A stretch of DNA of 64,000 nt from an uncultured Actinomycetes bacterium. Its GTDB lineage: Bacteria > Actinomycetota > Actinomycetes > S36-B12 > UBA10799. The notes beneath the pieces are model-generated. The model was not told where the DNA came from. It ran no database searches and saw only the letters and a list, made by a program, of their open reading frames with translations. Shown here in pieces: positions 27,200 to 36,288 of this stretch. The position numbers were made by a program, and so were the translations under genes. Location of the stretch: assembly GCA_963842975.1 (NCBI GenBank), contig CAWJIH010000011.1, forward strand, positions 22,046-86,045, in the 5' to 3' direction. Numbering within the stretch: the stretch's first letter is position 1; each line of letters starts with the position of its first letter.

Positions 27200-28637
27200 C
27201 GATGGTGTTGGTGCTGCGCTATGCGGCTCGTTCCGACGTCGGACTCGTGCGCTCGGACAACGAGGACTCCGCCTACGCCGGATCACGCATGCTGGTGGTG
27301 GCTGACGGCATGGGCGGACATGCTGCTGGCGAACTGGCTAGCGCCACCGCCGTGGCCACCTTCGCGACCTTGGACTCGCACGACGAACTCCAACCTGGCG
27401 ACGACGAGATCCTCGGTCTACTCGCGGCTGCCACTGACGATGCCCACGATGCACTCCAGACGGTTGCCGCCGCCACGCCCGGCTCCCGTGGCATGGGTAC
27501 CACCGTCACCGCTCTGGCCTGGCTCAACGACCGTGTCGCGGTGGCTCACATCGGTGATTCCCGTGCCTACTTGCTACGTGACTCAGTCTTGCGCCAACTC
27601 ACGCGGGACCACACATTCGTCCAGACTTTGGTCGATGCCGGTCGAATCACGCCCGAAGAGGCCTCCGTCCACGAGCGACGGAATCTGCTCACGAAGGCAC
27701 TCGACGGCCTCCACCCAGTGGAATCCGATCTCTCGATCCGGGAGGTCCGCCCGGGCGACCGATTCCTGCTCAGCAGTGACGGTTTGCACGGGGTGGTGCC
27801 GGATGCCCGGCTGCGGGAACTGCTGATCGAATTCTCCGATCCGACAGCAGCAGTTGCGGCACTCGTCGAGGAGGCGCTGCGCGGCGGTGCACCGGACAAT
27901 GTCACGGCCCTGGTTGCCGACGTCGTTGAAGTGCCAGACGCGGACGCCACCATCGTGCGGAGCCCGATCGTGGTTGGCGCGGCGGCCGAAAGCGCAACCG
28001 TGACCGGCTGCCAACCGTGGCCTTCCCGGCGGACGCCGAACCCAGTGGTGACAACGAGACTGCCGCAGCTGGGGAATCCCCGACCGCCGCGGAGGCACTA
28101 GATGTTGTCCCCACCGAAACAGCGCACCCCCGGCGACGCTGGCTCAGTCCCACCTGGTTCACCCTGATCGTCGCGGGCATTCTGGTGGCGTCTCTCATCG
28201 CAGGCGGCTGGTGGTGGACCCGCAGCCAGTATTTCGTCGGGGCCAATAACGGACAGGTAGCGGTGTTCCAAGGGATCCCACAGGGTCCCGGACCGCACGG
28301 GTTCTCAACTATTGAGAACACCAGCGACGTCGAGGTGGCTGCCCTGCCGGAGTTTCAGCAGAGCCGAGTGGAATCAACGATTCCCGCAACCGACGTCTCA
28401 GATGCGCTGCGGATCGTCGACACCCTGGCCGAGTCGGCCGAACGGTGCCGCGAAGTCCCGGCCCCGCAAGGCTGCCCGACCCCAACAACCCAGCCGTCAC
28501 CGACTCCCACCGCCTCAGCGTCACCGGTCCGGACCGGCACAACTCCGGCCGCCACCCGTCCGAGGCGCCACCAGCCTCCGCGGCGCCAACTCCGGCTGCG
28601 CCATGAGTCAACCACTCGGGCCAGCAGGCACTCCTGA
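27196..28637 (+). pseudogene. pstP: PP2C Ser/Thr phosphatase PstP, reading frame broken near 27995-28017 (and possibly again near 28540-28606)
   Basis: The PP2C domain (RSDNEDSAY, VADGMGGHAAGE) is in ORF 27196..28101. The acidic linker, TM helix (WFTLIVAGILVASLIAGGWWW) and extracellular domain are in ORF 28017..28637. A third frame ends in PSEAPPASAAPTPAAP with a TGA overlapping the rodA ATG (28603). Confidence 0.75.
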
Positions 28638-30036
28638 GGTTGCCACCGGAAACGCCACAGCTGAGGTCGCCGGTGGCAGCCGCCGGACAGTTGAGCGGAA
28701 TCTGTTGCTGCTGGCCTACGTGATCGGCATCGTGGCCTTTGCCGCAGTCGATCTGGTCGTGCTCGGCTCGGTCTCGCCAGCCTTCGGCATCGCCATCGGG
28801 GTATTCGCCGTCCTGCTGGTAGTTGCCCACGTCGCAGTGCGCATCCTCGCGCCCTATGCAGACCCCTTCATCCTCCCAGCTGTGGTGATGCTCAACATCA
28901 TCGGCTTGGTGATGATCCACCGACTCGATCTGGCCGACCAACTCCGTGCCGAAGCCAATGGCACACCACTTCCCCGAGCCGACGCCGAAGCGCAATACAC
29001 CTGGCTGATGCTGGCCGTGGCGTTGTTCGTCCTCACCCTGCTGATCATCCGCGATCATCGTCGGCTTCAGCGCTTCACGTACACGGCGGCCTTCGCCGGA
29101 GTCCTGCTCCTCCTGTTGCCCCTGGTGCCGGGCCTCGGCACCAGCATCAACGGGGCGACGCTGTGGATCCAACTGGGACCTTTCTCGTTCCAGCCCTCCG
29201 AGCTGTCAAAGATCCTGCTCACCATCTTCTTCGCCGGCTACCTGATGCTGAAGCGGGAGTCGATGGCCATTGTGCGCACCAAAGTGCTTGGGCTGGGGAT
29301 TCCTCGGGGTCGCGACCTGGGTCCAATCGTGGTGGCGTGGGCCCTCGCGCTCGTCGTGCTGGCATTGGAGAAGGACCTTGGCACGGCATTGATGTTCTTC
29401 GGCCTATTCGTGGTGATGGTGTACGTCGCCACTGGTCGCCGTTCCTGGCTTGCGATTGGCGCTGGACTCCTAGCTCTCGGCGGTTTGCTCGGCTATCTGG
29501 CCTTCTCCCACGTGCGGCTTCGGGTGAACATCTGGCTCGACACCTGGTCCTACGCCCAGGATGAATCGTTCCAATTGGCCCAATCCCTGTTCGGCTTGGC
29601 CAGCGGTGGTCTGCTGGGATCGGGCTGGGGCAGCGGATATCCCCAGTTCGTACCCTTCGCGAAGTCCGACTTCATCGCCGCGGCGATCGGTGAGGAACTC
29701 GGGCTGGCCGGGATGTTCGCCGTCATCCTGCTCTACGCCATCATCGTCGAGCGCGGGCTGCGCACCGCCATAGCCGTACGGGATCCGTTCGGCACACTGC
29801 TGGCCGTTGGCCTGTCGAGTGTGCTGGCGCTGCAAACATTCGTCGTCATTGGCGGCGTCACACGCCTGATTCCCCTCACCGGACTCACCACTCCCTTCCT
29901 CGCATACGGTGGCTCGGCGCTACTGGCCAACTGGATCACGATCGCGCTGCTGCTGCGCATCTCCGATCGTGCGCGTCGGCCGATTCCGGCTAGCCAACCA
30001 CTGACCGCGATGGCTTCCGGAGGTGGAAGCAGGTGA
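28603..30036 (+). CDS. rodA: SEDS-family peptidoglycan glycosyltransferase RodA/FtsW
   Basis: ORF 28312..30036. The conserved polytopic part begins at MSQPLGPAG (ATG 28603). SEDS block FQPSELSKILLTIFFAGYL. GTGA overlap with pbpA. Confidence 0.9.
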   Translation: MSQPLGPAGTPEVATGNATAEVAGGSRRTVERNLLLLAYVIGIVAFAAVDLVVLGSVSPAFGIAIGVFAVLLVVAHVAVRILAPYADPFILPAVVMLNIIGLVMIHRLDLADQLRAEANGTPLPRADAEAQYTWLMLAVALFVLTLLIIRDHRRLQRFTYTAAFAGVLLLLLPLVPGLGTSINGATLWIQLGPFSFQPSELSKILLTIFFAGYLMLKRESMAIVRTKVLGLGIPRGRDLGPIVVAWALALVVLALEKDLGTALMFFGLFVVMVYVATGRRSWLAIGAGLLALGGLLGYLAFSHVRLRVNIWLDTWSYAQDESFQLAQSLFGLASGGLLGSGWGSGYPQFVPFAKSDFIAAAIGEELGLAGMFAVILLYAIIVERGLRTAIAVRDPFGTLLAVGLSSVLALQTFVVIGGVTRLIPLTGLTTPFLAYGGSALLANWITIALLLRISDRARRPIPASQPLTAMASGGGSR

Positions 30037-31466
30037 ACCGTCAGATTCGACGACTGTCGTTAGTGTTTGGGTTCTTGCTCCTGCTGATCATGGGGAATCT
30101 CTCCGTCCAGCAGGTGATTCTGGCCGACGAGACCAAAGCCCGGCAGGGCAATTCTCGAGTGTTGCTGCAGGAGTACGGCCGTCAACGAGGTCCGATTCTC
30201 GTGCAGCAATCCCAAATAGCGCAGTCCGAATCAACCGACAATGCACTGAAATACCTTCGGATCTACTCCAACGGACCCCTCTACGCTTCGGCCACCGGCT
30301 TCTACTCGGTGGTCTACGGGGCCACCGGCATCGAGAAGAGCGACAACGCGGTGCTCAACGGCACCGGTCCAGAGTTCTTCGTCGACCGGCTTCGTCAGAT
30401 GTTTGGCGGCCAGGACGTCCAAGGTGGGGCGGTGTCGCTGACCCTTGACCCTGCCGCCCAGCAAGCCGCGGCCGACGCCCTCGGCAGCGCGGTGGGATCA
30501 GTCACCGCCATCGATCCGAAGACGGGCGCGATCCTGGCCATGGTGCAATCGCCCACCTTCGATCCCAACCTGCTGTCCAGCCACGACCCGCTGTCGATCA
30601 CCGAGTACTACGAAGAACTGGAAGCCGACCCAGACCAACCGCTACTGAACCGGCCGCTGGTGTCCACGCAACCCCCAGGAAGCACCTTCAAACTCGTCAC
30701 CAGTGCCGCCGCGCTCGAGGCTGGCTACCAGTCGAACTCACTCCTCCCGGGACCCGCAACATACACCCCACCGGGCACCAACCGAGGCATTCCCAATGCC
30801 TGGGGAGGCTCCTGCGGACCCGACGACACTGTCACCTTGGAGGAGTCTCTGGCGATTTCGTGCAACACCTCGTTCGCGTATCTGGGCAACGAACTAGGTT
30901 CCGATGCCCTCCAAATGCAGGCCGAGAAGTTCGGCTTCAACACCTCCTTCGACGTTCCGCTGGCCGCCGCCGAATCCCGCTTCCCGAGCAACCTTGATCC
31001 GGCGCAGACCGCCCAGAGTTCCATCGGCCAGTTCAACGTGGCGGCCACCACCCTGCAGATGGCAATGGTGGGGGCTGCGATCGGCAACGGTGGAGTCACC
31101 ATGGTGCCGTATCTGGTGGCCGACACCCGCGCCGGCAATCTTGAGATCATCTCAACCACACAACCTCGCGAACATGCGGTCGCGATGCAGAGTCAAAACG
31201 CCACCGAGTTGCTGTCGATGATGGAAGCGGTGGTGGAGCGAGGAACCGGCACCATGGCAGCGATTCCGGGTGTGCGAGTTGGTGGCAAGACCGGTACTGC
31301 CGAGACCAGCGATGACCGGCAAGAGGTGTCGTGGTTCGTCGGCGTCGCGCCGCTGAATGACCCGCAAGTCGCGGTCGCGGTCGCAATCGAAGACAGCAAG
31401 GGAAATGCGGGTGGGCCGTTGGCTATGACGACGGCCCGCAACGTGATGGAGGCATCCCTGCGATGA
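30033..31466 (+). CDS. pbpA: class B penicillin-binding protein PbpA (transpeptidase)
   Basis: N-terminal TM helix. Motifs STFK (PGSTFKLV), SCN (AISCNTSF) and KTGT (GGKTGTAE). Confidence 0.9.
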   Translation: MNRQIRRLSLVFGFLLLLIMGNLSVQQVILADETKARQGNSRVLLQEYGRQRGPILVQQSQIAQSESTDNALKYLRIYSNGPLYASATGFYSVVYGATGIEKSDNAVLNGTGPEFFVDRLRQMFGGQDVQGGAVSLTLDPAAQQAAADALGSAVGSVTAIDPKTGAILAMVQSPTFDPNLLSSHDPLSITEYYEELEADPDQPLLNRPLVSTQPPGSTFKLVTSAAALEAGYQSNSLLPGPATYTPPGTNRGIPNAWGGSCGPDDTVTLEESLAISCNTSFAYLGNELGSDALQMQAEKFGFNTSFDVPLAAAESRFPSNLDPAQTAQSSIGQFNVAATTLQMAMVGAAIGNGGVTMVPYLVADTRAGNLEIISTTQPREHAVAMQSQNATELLSMMEAVVERGTGTMAAIPGVRVGGKTGTAETSDDRQEVSWFVGVAPLNDPQVAVAVAIEDSKGNAGGPLAMTTARNVMEASLR

Positions 31467-31491
31467 TCCAAACCGCGAATGTGACGGAGGA

Positions 31492-33481
31492 ATGCTCGTG
31501 ACTGACCACAGACTGCTTGGCGATCGCTACGAGATCGTTGAGGAGATCGGGCGCGGGGGGATGGCCGAGGTGGTCAAGGCGCAGGATCTGCGGCTCAGCC
31601 GGCGAGTGGCGATCAAGTTGCTGCGACCCGACCTCGCTCGCGATCCGGCATTCATCACCAGATTTCGCCGCGAGGCCCAGGCCGCGGCAGCGCTCAATCA
31701 CCCCAACATTGTTGCCGTCTACGACACTGGCGAGGACACCCTTTACAACGGTGACGAAGAGGTCACGGTGCCCTACATCGTGATGGAATTCATCGACGGG
31801 GTCACGCTTCGGCAACTGGTGAGCAGCGGTCGACGGCTACTGCCAGAACGGGCCTTGGAGATCACGGCCGGCGTCTTGGCGGCACTGGACTATTCCCACC
31901 GGCACGGCATCGTGCACCGGGACATCAAACCTGCGAACGTCATGCTCACCAGGGGTGGCGAGGTCAAGGTCATGGACTTCGGCATCGCCCGGGCCATGGC
32001 TGATTCTCACTCCACGATGACCGCTGGCAACGTCGTCATGGGCACCGCTGCGTATCTGTCCCCAGAGCAAGCGCGAGGCGAAGTCGTGGACGCCCGCAGC
32101 GACCTCTACTCCACCGGCTGTTTGCTATTCGAGTTGCTCACCGACCGGCCCCCGTTCACCGGGGAATCGCCGGTATCGGTGGCCTACCAGCATGTCGGGG
32201 AAGAACCCGCCACCCCATCCAGCATCGACCCAGAGATTCCCAGCTCCGTCGACGCCATCGTCGGCAAGGCGCTGGCGAAGGATCGCGAAGACCGATACCA
32301 AACCGCCGCTGAGTTCCGGGTTGACGTCGAGCGGGCGATCGCAGGTCTCCCGGTGACCGCGGCACTCACCGCGGTGGTTCCAGGAGCCGCGGCAGCCGCC
32401 GCGGACCCAGGGCGCCACCGGGGTACTGCCAACAACCGCACCGCCGCCAGTGGCCTACGTCGAAGATGAGCCGCGGCGACGTAGCGGTTGGGTGTGGGTC
32501 GCGGTGGCCGCCGCACTCCTGCTGCTGGGAGGTGGAGTAGCGCTGGGACTTCGGCTTTTTGCTGAGGATCCTGGACCCAGCGTCACCGTGCCCAACGTGG
32601 TCGGCATGACCACGGATCAGGCAAGCGGTGAACTTCGCAACTCGGGACTGACGTTGGGCCGGGAAACGACCCAGGTATCCGATGCCCCACCGAACACGAT
32701 CATCTCCCAAGATCCCGTGGCCGGGTCGCAACTGCAGCAGGGACAAGGCGTCGCGGTGGTGATCTCAGCCGGCAAGGAGAAAGTCAACGTCCCGAACCTC
32801 ATCGGCTTGACCAGCGTCGCCGACGCTCGCTTGGCTTTGTCCGATTCGACGCTGAATCTCGGAGCTGTCGAGGAACGCGACAGTGACGCACCGGCTGGTT
32901 CGGTGATCGCCCAGGATCCGAGCGCGAATGAGTCGGTGGATGCCGGCTCGCGAGTCAACATCGCCGTGTCCAACGGACGGGTCCTCGTTCCAGGCGTCGT
33001 CGGCTCAAGCGAGGCACAGGCAAAGAGTGACTTGTCGAACGCCGGCTTCTCGGTCAACGTCACGACTCAGGAGTCCGGATCGGACACCCCCGGAACCGTC
33101 TTGGCACAGTCACCACTCGGCGGGACAACCGCGGTTCGCGGAACCCTGGTCACCATCACAGTGGCCAAGGCACCGACCCCAACCCCCACACCGACCCCAA
33201 CCCCCACGCCAACCCCGACGCCGCCCCCGACGCCCACAGACCCGCCAAGCCCGACTACCCCGGTGGCCCCCACCACCGCTGATGCCGGATCGGCTGTCAT
33301 TGATCCACCATCGGCAGCGCCGCTGCTCAATTCGACCCAGGAGCCGGCCGCGGACGAGGTAGCCGATCCCGGCGTCGAGGTGGCTGACAGTCAGCGAGGC
33401 ACCACAGGGCTGAGGCCGGTTGAGGCGGTGACCGCATCGGCGTCGCCGCAGCGGACGAGCCAGTTCGCCAGCATTCGGTGA
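31492..33481 (+). pseudogene. pknB: Ser/Thr protein kinase PknB (kinase + TM + 3 PASTA), reading frame broken between about 32340 and 32452
   Basis: The Hanks kinase domain ([23 protein letters not shown]) is in ORF 31492..32469. The TM helix (WVWVAVAAALLLLGGGVALGL) and three PASTA repeats are in ORF 32450..33481. The 3' end is uncertain because the tail overlaps trpG by 90 nt. Confidence 0.75.
33171..33240 (+). repeat. in-frame (ACN CCN)n microsatellite-like tract encoding (Thr-Pro)n
   Basis: caccgaccccaacccccacaccgaccccaacccccacgccaaccccgacgccgcccccgacgcccaca, after the last PASTA repeat. Confidence 0.8.
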
Positions 33482-34014
33482 CCGCCTTCGGTCAACACGG
33501 ACTCTGGGTGGAACTGCACACCCTCGATGTCGAGTTCTCGGTGCCGCAAACCCATGATCACCCCGGAATCTGTGGTTGCGGTGACCTCCAGCTCGTCCGG
33601 AAGTGTCGCTGCAGCGACAGCCAGAGAGTGGTATCGGGTGGCGGTAAAGGGGCTGGGAAGACCCTCAAAGACGCCAGTTCCGTTGTGATGAACCTCCGAC
33701 GTCTTGCCGTGCAGCAACTCCGGTGCACGAATCACATCACCGCCAAAGGCCTCCGCAATCGCCTGGTGACCCAGACACACGCCAAGGATCGGGACCACCG
33801 ATCCCATCTGCTGAACCATCGGGATGCAGACGCCTGCCTGCGCAGGTGCCCCTGGACCAGGGCTGAGCAGCACTCCGTCGAATCGTGCCGCTTCGGCCGG
33901 GATCACCTGATCGTTGCGCACCACCGTGCATTCGGCGCCCAGTTGACCCAGATACTGCACCAGGTTAAAGACGAAGGAATCGTAATTGTCGACCACGAGG
34001 ATTGAGGCGCCCAC
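33391..34014 (-). CDS. trpG: anthranilate/aminodeoxychorismate synthase component II (class I glutamine amidotransferase)
   Basis: MGASILVVDNYDSFVFNLVQYLGQLG, catalytic GVCLGHQ and the FHPESVLT motif. Confidence 0.9.
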   Translation of the reverse strand: MGASILVVDNYDSFVFNLVQYLGQLGAECTVVRNDQVIPAEAARFDGVLLSPGPGAPAQAGVCIPMVQQMGSVVPILGVCLGHQAIAEAFGGDVIRAPELLHGKTSEVHHNGTGVFEGLPSPFTATRYHSLAVAAATLPDELEVTATTDSGVIMGLRHRELDIEGVQFHPESVLTEGGHRMLANWLVRCGDADAVTASTGLSPVVPR

Positions 34015-34105
34015 GGGCCAATCATGGCTGACCCCACGGCGTATCGACGGCGCTGGGTAGCAGGTCAGCCGGTAGAGTCAGCGTTGACACCGGCGAGGAG
34101 GCGTG

Positions 34106-34453
34106 ATGGCAACAGATCCGGAGAACACTCCAACATCATCAAAGAAGCCTGCAGCACCCAAAGCATCAGCTTCCACACAAGCATCAAAATCGAAAGGCTC
34201 CGACGACACCGCGAAGGCTGGCAAGAAGGGCTCTTCGTCGGCAGAGAGTGCGCGACGGAAGCCAGTGCGACTGGACTCCCCCCGGTGGCTTGTCCCGGTG
34301 ATGATCGCATGTTTCGTGATCGGACTGATCTGGATTGTTGCCTACTACGTGGCACCTGAGGCGCCGGTGATCAGCGCTATTGGTTGGTGGAACGTCCTGA
34401 TCGGATTCGCCTTCTTCACCGTCGGGTTCTTCCTTTCCACCAAGTGGAAGTGA
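34106..34453 (+). CDS. crgA: cell division protein CrgA
   Basis: Basic N-terminal tail, then two TM helices (RWLVPVMIACFVIGLIWIVAYY; WWNVLIGFAFFTVGFFLSTKW). GAGGAGG RBS upstream. GTG 34103 is an alternative start. Confidence 0.85.
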   Translation: MATDPENTPTSSKKPAAPKASASTQASKSKGSDDTAKAGKKGSSSAESARRKPVRLDSPRWLVPVMIACFVIGLIWIVAYYVAPEAPVISAIGWWNVLIGFAFFTVGFFLSTKWK

Positions 34454-34478
34454 CCTGGGTTACACCGGTGTCATTCGT

Positions 34479-34501
34479 CCCCAATTGTGGATAACTTGGG
34501 G
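34479..34501. promoter_or_regulatory. orphan DnaA box (TTATCCACA on the minus strand) in the loop of a CCCCAA/TTGGGG hairpin
   Basis: ccccaaTTGTGGATAActtgggg. Its reverse complement shares 16 nt (CCCCAAGTTATCCACA) with the oriC box at 44864-44879. It lies between the convergent crgA and rhomboid ends. Confidence 0.5.
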
Positions 34502-34529
34502 AAAAGTGCGGACAACCCTCAGGTGCTGT

Positions 34530-35372
34530 TCACAAGAAGCTGGTGATTTGGGCGGTTCGAAGGGTCAGGACCACGAACAGCACCACAACCACGCCAACTG
34601 TGCCGACTACTTCAACCGAGCGTCGAGACTTGCCGTCGGGCAGCACCATGACTGCTGCCAGGGCCGCGCCAGTGACAAGTCCCCCTAGATGTGCCCGCCA
34701 GTCAATCCCGCTGAAAATGAAACCAATGGCAAGGTTGATGCCGATCAAGACGAGCACCATCGTGACGTCGAATCGCAACCGCCGACCAGCCACGAGTAGA
34801 GCACCCATGAGGCCAAAAATGGCCCCACTGGCACCCACCGAGAACGTCGTCGGAGCCGAAAGCCAGTAGGACGCGATAGAACCACCAAGGCCCGACAGTA
34901 TGAACAGCAGCAGGAATCGGCCGTGGCCGAGGATCCGCTCCAGTGTCGGTCCCAGAACCACCAGCACATACATGTTGAAAAGGATGTGCAAGATCGAACC
35001 GTGCAGGAACATCGAGGTGAGCAGGCGGTACCACTCGTCCTGGACGCCAATCGCCAGCGGCTGCATGGCGTAGGCGCGGATCACGTCGTTGAATCCCACG
35101 ATGTTCTGAATGAGGAACACCGCCACCGTGAAACCCACCAGCGTCCACGAGACGTATGGCTTGGCGTCAGCTCTGCTGGCCGCCACAGCACCCCGCGAGG
35201 ATGCCACCGCGGCGGTCGCCGCAGCCACACAATTGGGGCAGTGAAAACCCACTGGGGCCGAGGTCATGCAGGAAGGGCAAATCGGAGTCCCACAGCGGGC
35301 ACAGGAGATGTAGGTCTCACGATCCGGATGCCATGCACACGTTGGAGGCGAACTGGTTCCCCCGCCAGTCAC
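34530..35372 (-). CDS. rhomboid family intramembrane serine protease with N-terminal zinc-ribbon
   Basis: CxxC...CxxC at the N-terminus, the catalytic GASGAIFG motif and a downstream AHLGGLVTG histidine. Confidence 0.85.
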   Translation of the reverse strand: MTGGGTSSPPTCAWHPDRETYISCARCGTPICPSCMTSAPVGFHCPNCVAAATAAVASSRGAVAASRADAKPYVSWTLVGFTVAVFLIQNIVGFNDVIRAYAMQPLAIGVQDEWYRLLTSMFLHGSILHILFNMYVLVVLGPTLERILGHGRFLLLFILSGLGGSIASYWLSAPTTFSVGASGAIFGLMGALLVAGRRLRFDVTMVLVLIGINLAIGFIFSGIDWRAHLGGLVTGAALAAVMVLPDGKSRRSVEVVGTVGVVVVLFVVLTLRTAQITSFL

Positions 35373-35389
35373 ATCCGTGGGACCGGAGG

Positions 35390-35920
35390 TCAGCTGTCCA
35401 CCGTCTCAATGTCGATGGCCTCAATCACCACGTCATTCACCGGGCGGTCACCGCGCGAAGTAGCCACGCCCGCGATGGCATCGACTACGTCACGCGACTG
35501 CTGGTCGGCGACCTCACCGAAGATGGTGTGCTTCCGATTCAGCCAGGCTGTCGGGGCCACGGTGATGAAGAACTGCGAGCCGTTGGTGTTCGGGCCGGCG
35601 TTTGCCATGGCGAGCAGGTAGGGACGGTCGAAGCCCAGTTCCGGATGGAACTCGTCGGCGAACTTGTAGCCAGGTCCCCCGGTGCCGGTGCCCAGCGGGT
35701 CGCCACCTTGGATCATGAAGCCAGGGATCACCCGGTGGAAAACGACGTTGGAGTACAGCGGGCCGACGCCGGCCTTGCCCGACTTCGGGTCTTTCCACTC
35801 GCCTGTGCCATCGGCGAGGCCCACGAAGTTCTTTACCGTCTTGGGGGCATGATTCGGGAACAACTCGACCCGGATGTCTCCGAGGTTCGTGCGTAGGGTG
35901 GCGATCTGAGTGGAAGCCAT
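35390..35920 (-). CDS. ppiA: peptidyl-prolyl cis-trans isomerase, cyclophilin type
   Basis: FHRVIPGFMIQGGDP and SQFFIT motifs; 176 aa. Confidence 0.95.
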   Translation of the reverse strand: MASTQIATLRTNLGDIRVELFPNHAPKTVKNFVGLADGTGEWKDPKSGKAGVGPLYSNVVFHRVIPGFMIQGGDPLGTGTGGPGYKFADEFHPELGFDRPYLLAMANAGPNTNGSQFFITVAPTAWLNRKHTIFGEVADQQSRDVVDAIAGVATSRGDRPVNDVVIEAIDIETVDS

Positions 35921-35954
35921 GTGAATAAAGCCCTTCGATTCAGGCGTACGAGGG

Positions 35955-36027
35955 TGGAGGCGAAGGGACTCGAACCCTCAACCCCCGCCTTGCAAAGGCG
36001 GTGCTCTGCCAGTTGAGCTACGCCCCC
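35955..36027 (-). tRNA. tRNA-Ala (anticodon UGC)
   Basis: The reverse complement reads GGGGGCGTAGCTCAACTGGCAGAGCACCGCCTTTGCAAGGCGGGGGTTGAGGGTTCGAGTCCCTTCGCCTCCA. G3:U70 pair is present; anticodon loop CTTGCAA. Confidence 0.9.
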
Positions 36028-36043
36028 CGGCCGCGAACCCGCG

Positions 36044-36169
36044 TTAGCGGAGGTCGGGTGCCGATGTGGCTTCAGTCCACAGGTCTTGCTCGGCCTGATT
36101 GGCCGAAACTTGCCGATAGATGACGTACCCGACACCGAGAAGGCCCACAAGGAGCAGCAATTTCTTCAT
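36044..36169 (-). CDS. DLW-39 family small membrane protein (41 aa)
   Basis: Below the ORF-track cutoff. ATG 36169, TAA 36046..36044. MKKLLLLVGLLGVGYVIYRQVSANQAEQDLWTEATSAPDLR has one TM helix and the DLW motif. It sits between tRNA-Ile and tRNA-Ala, as recalled for this actinobacterial family. Confidence 0.6.
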   Translation of the reverse strand: MKKLLLLVGLLGVGYVIYRQVSANQAEQDLWTEATSAPDLR

Positions 36170-36170
36170 G

Positions 36171-36244
36171 TGGGCCTAAGTGGACTTGAACCACTGACCT
36201 CTTCCTTATCAGGGAAGCGCTCTAACCGTCTGAGCTATAGGCCC
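36171..36244 (-). tRNA. tRNA-Ile (anticodon GAU)
   Basis: The reverse complement reads GGGCCTATAGCTCAGACGGTTAGAGCGCTTCCCTGATAAGGAAGAGGTCAGTGGTTCAAGTCCACTTAGGCCCA; anticodon loop CTGATAA. Confidence 0.9.
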
Positions 36245-36288
36245 GGGTAACGCCGCATTACGGCGTTCAGAGTACCTCACCCTGGGTG

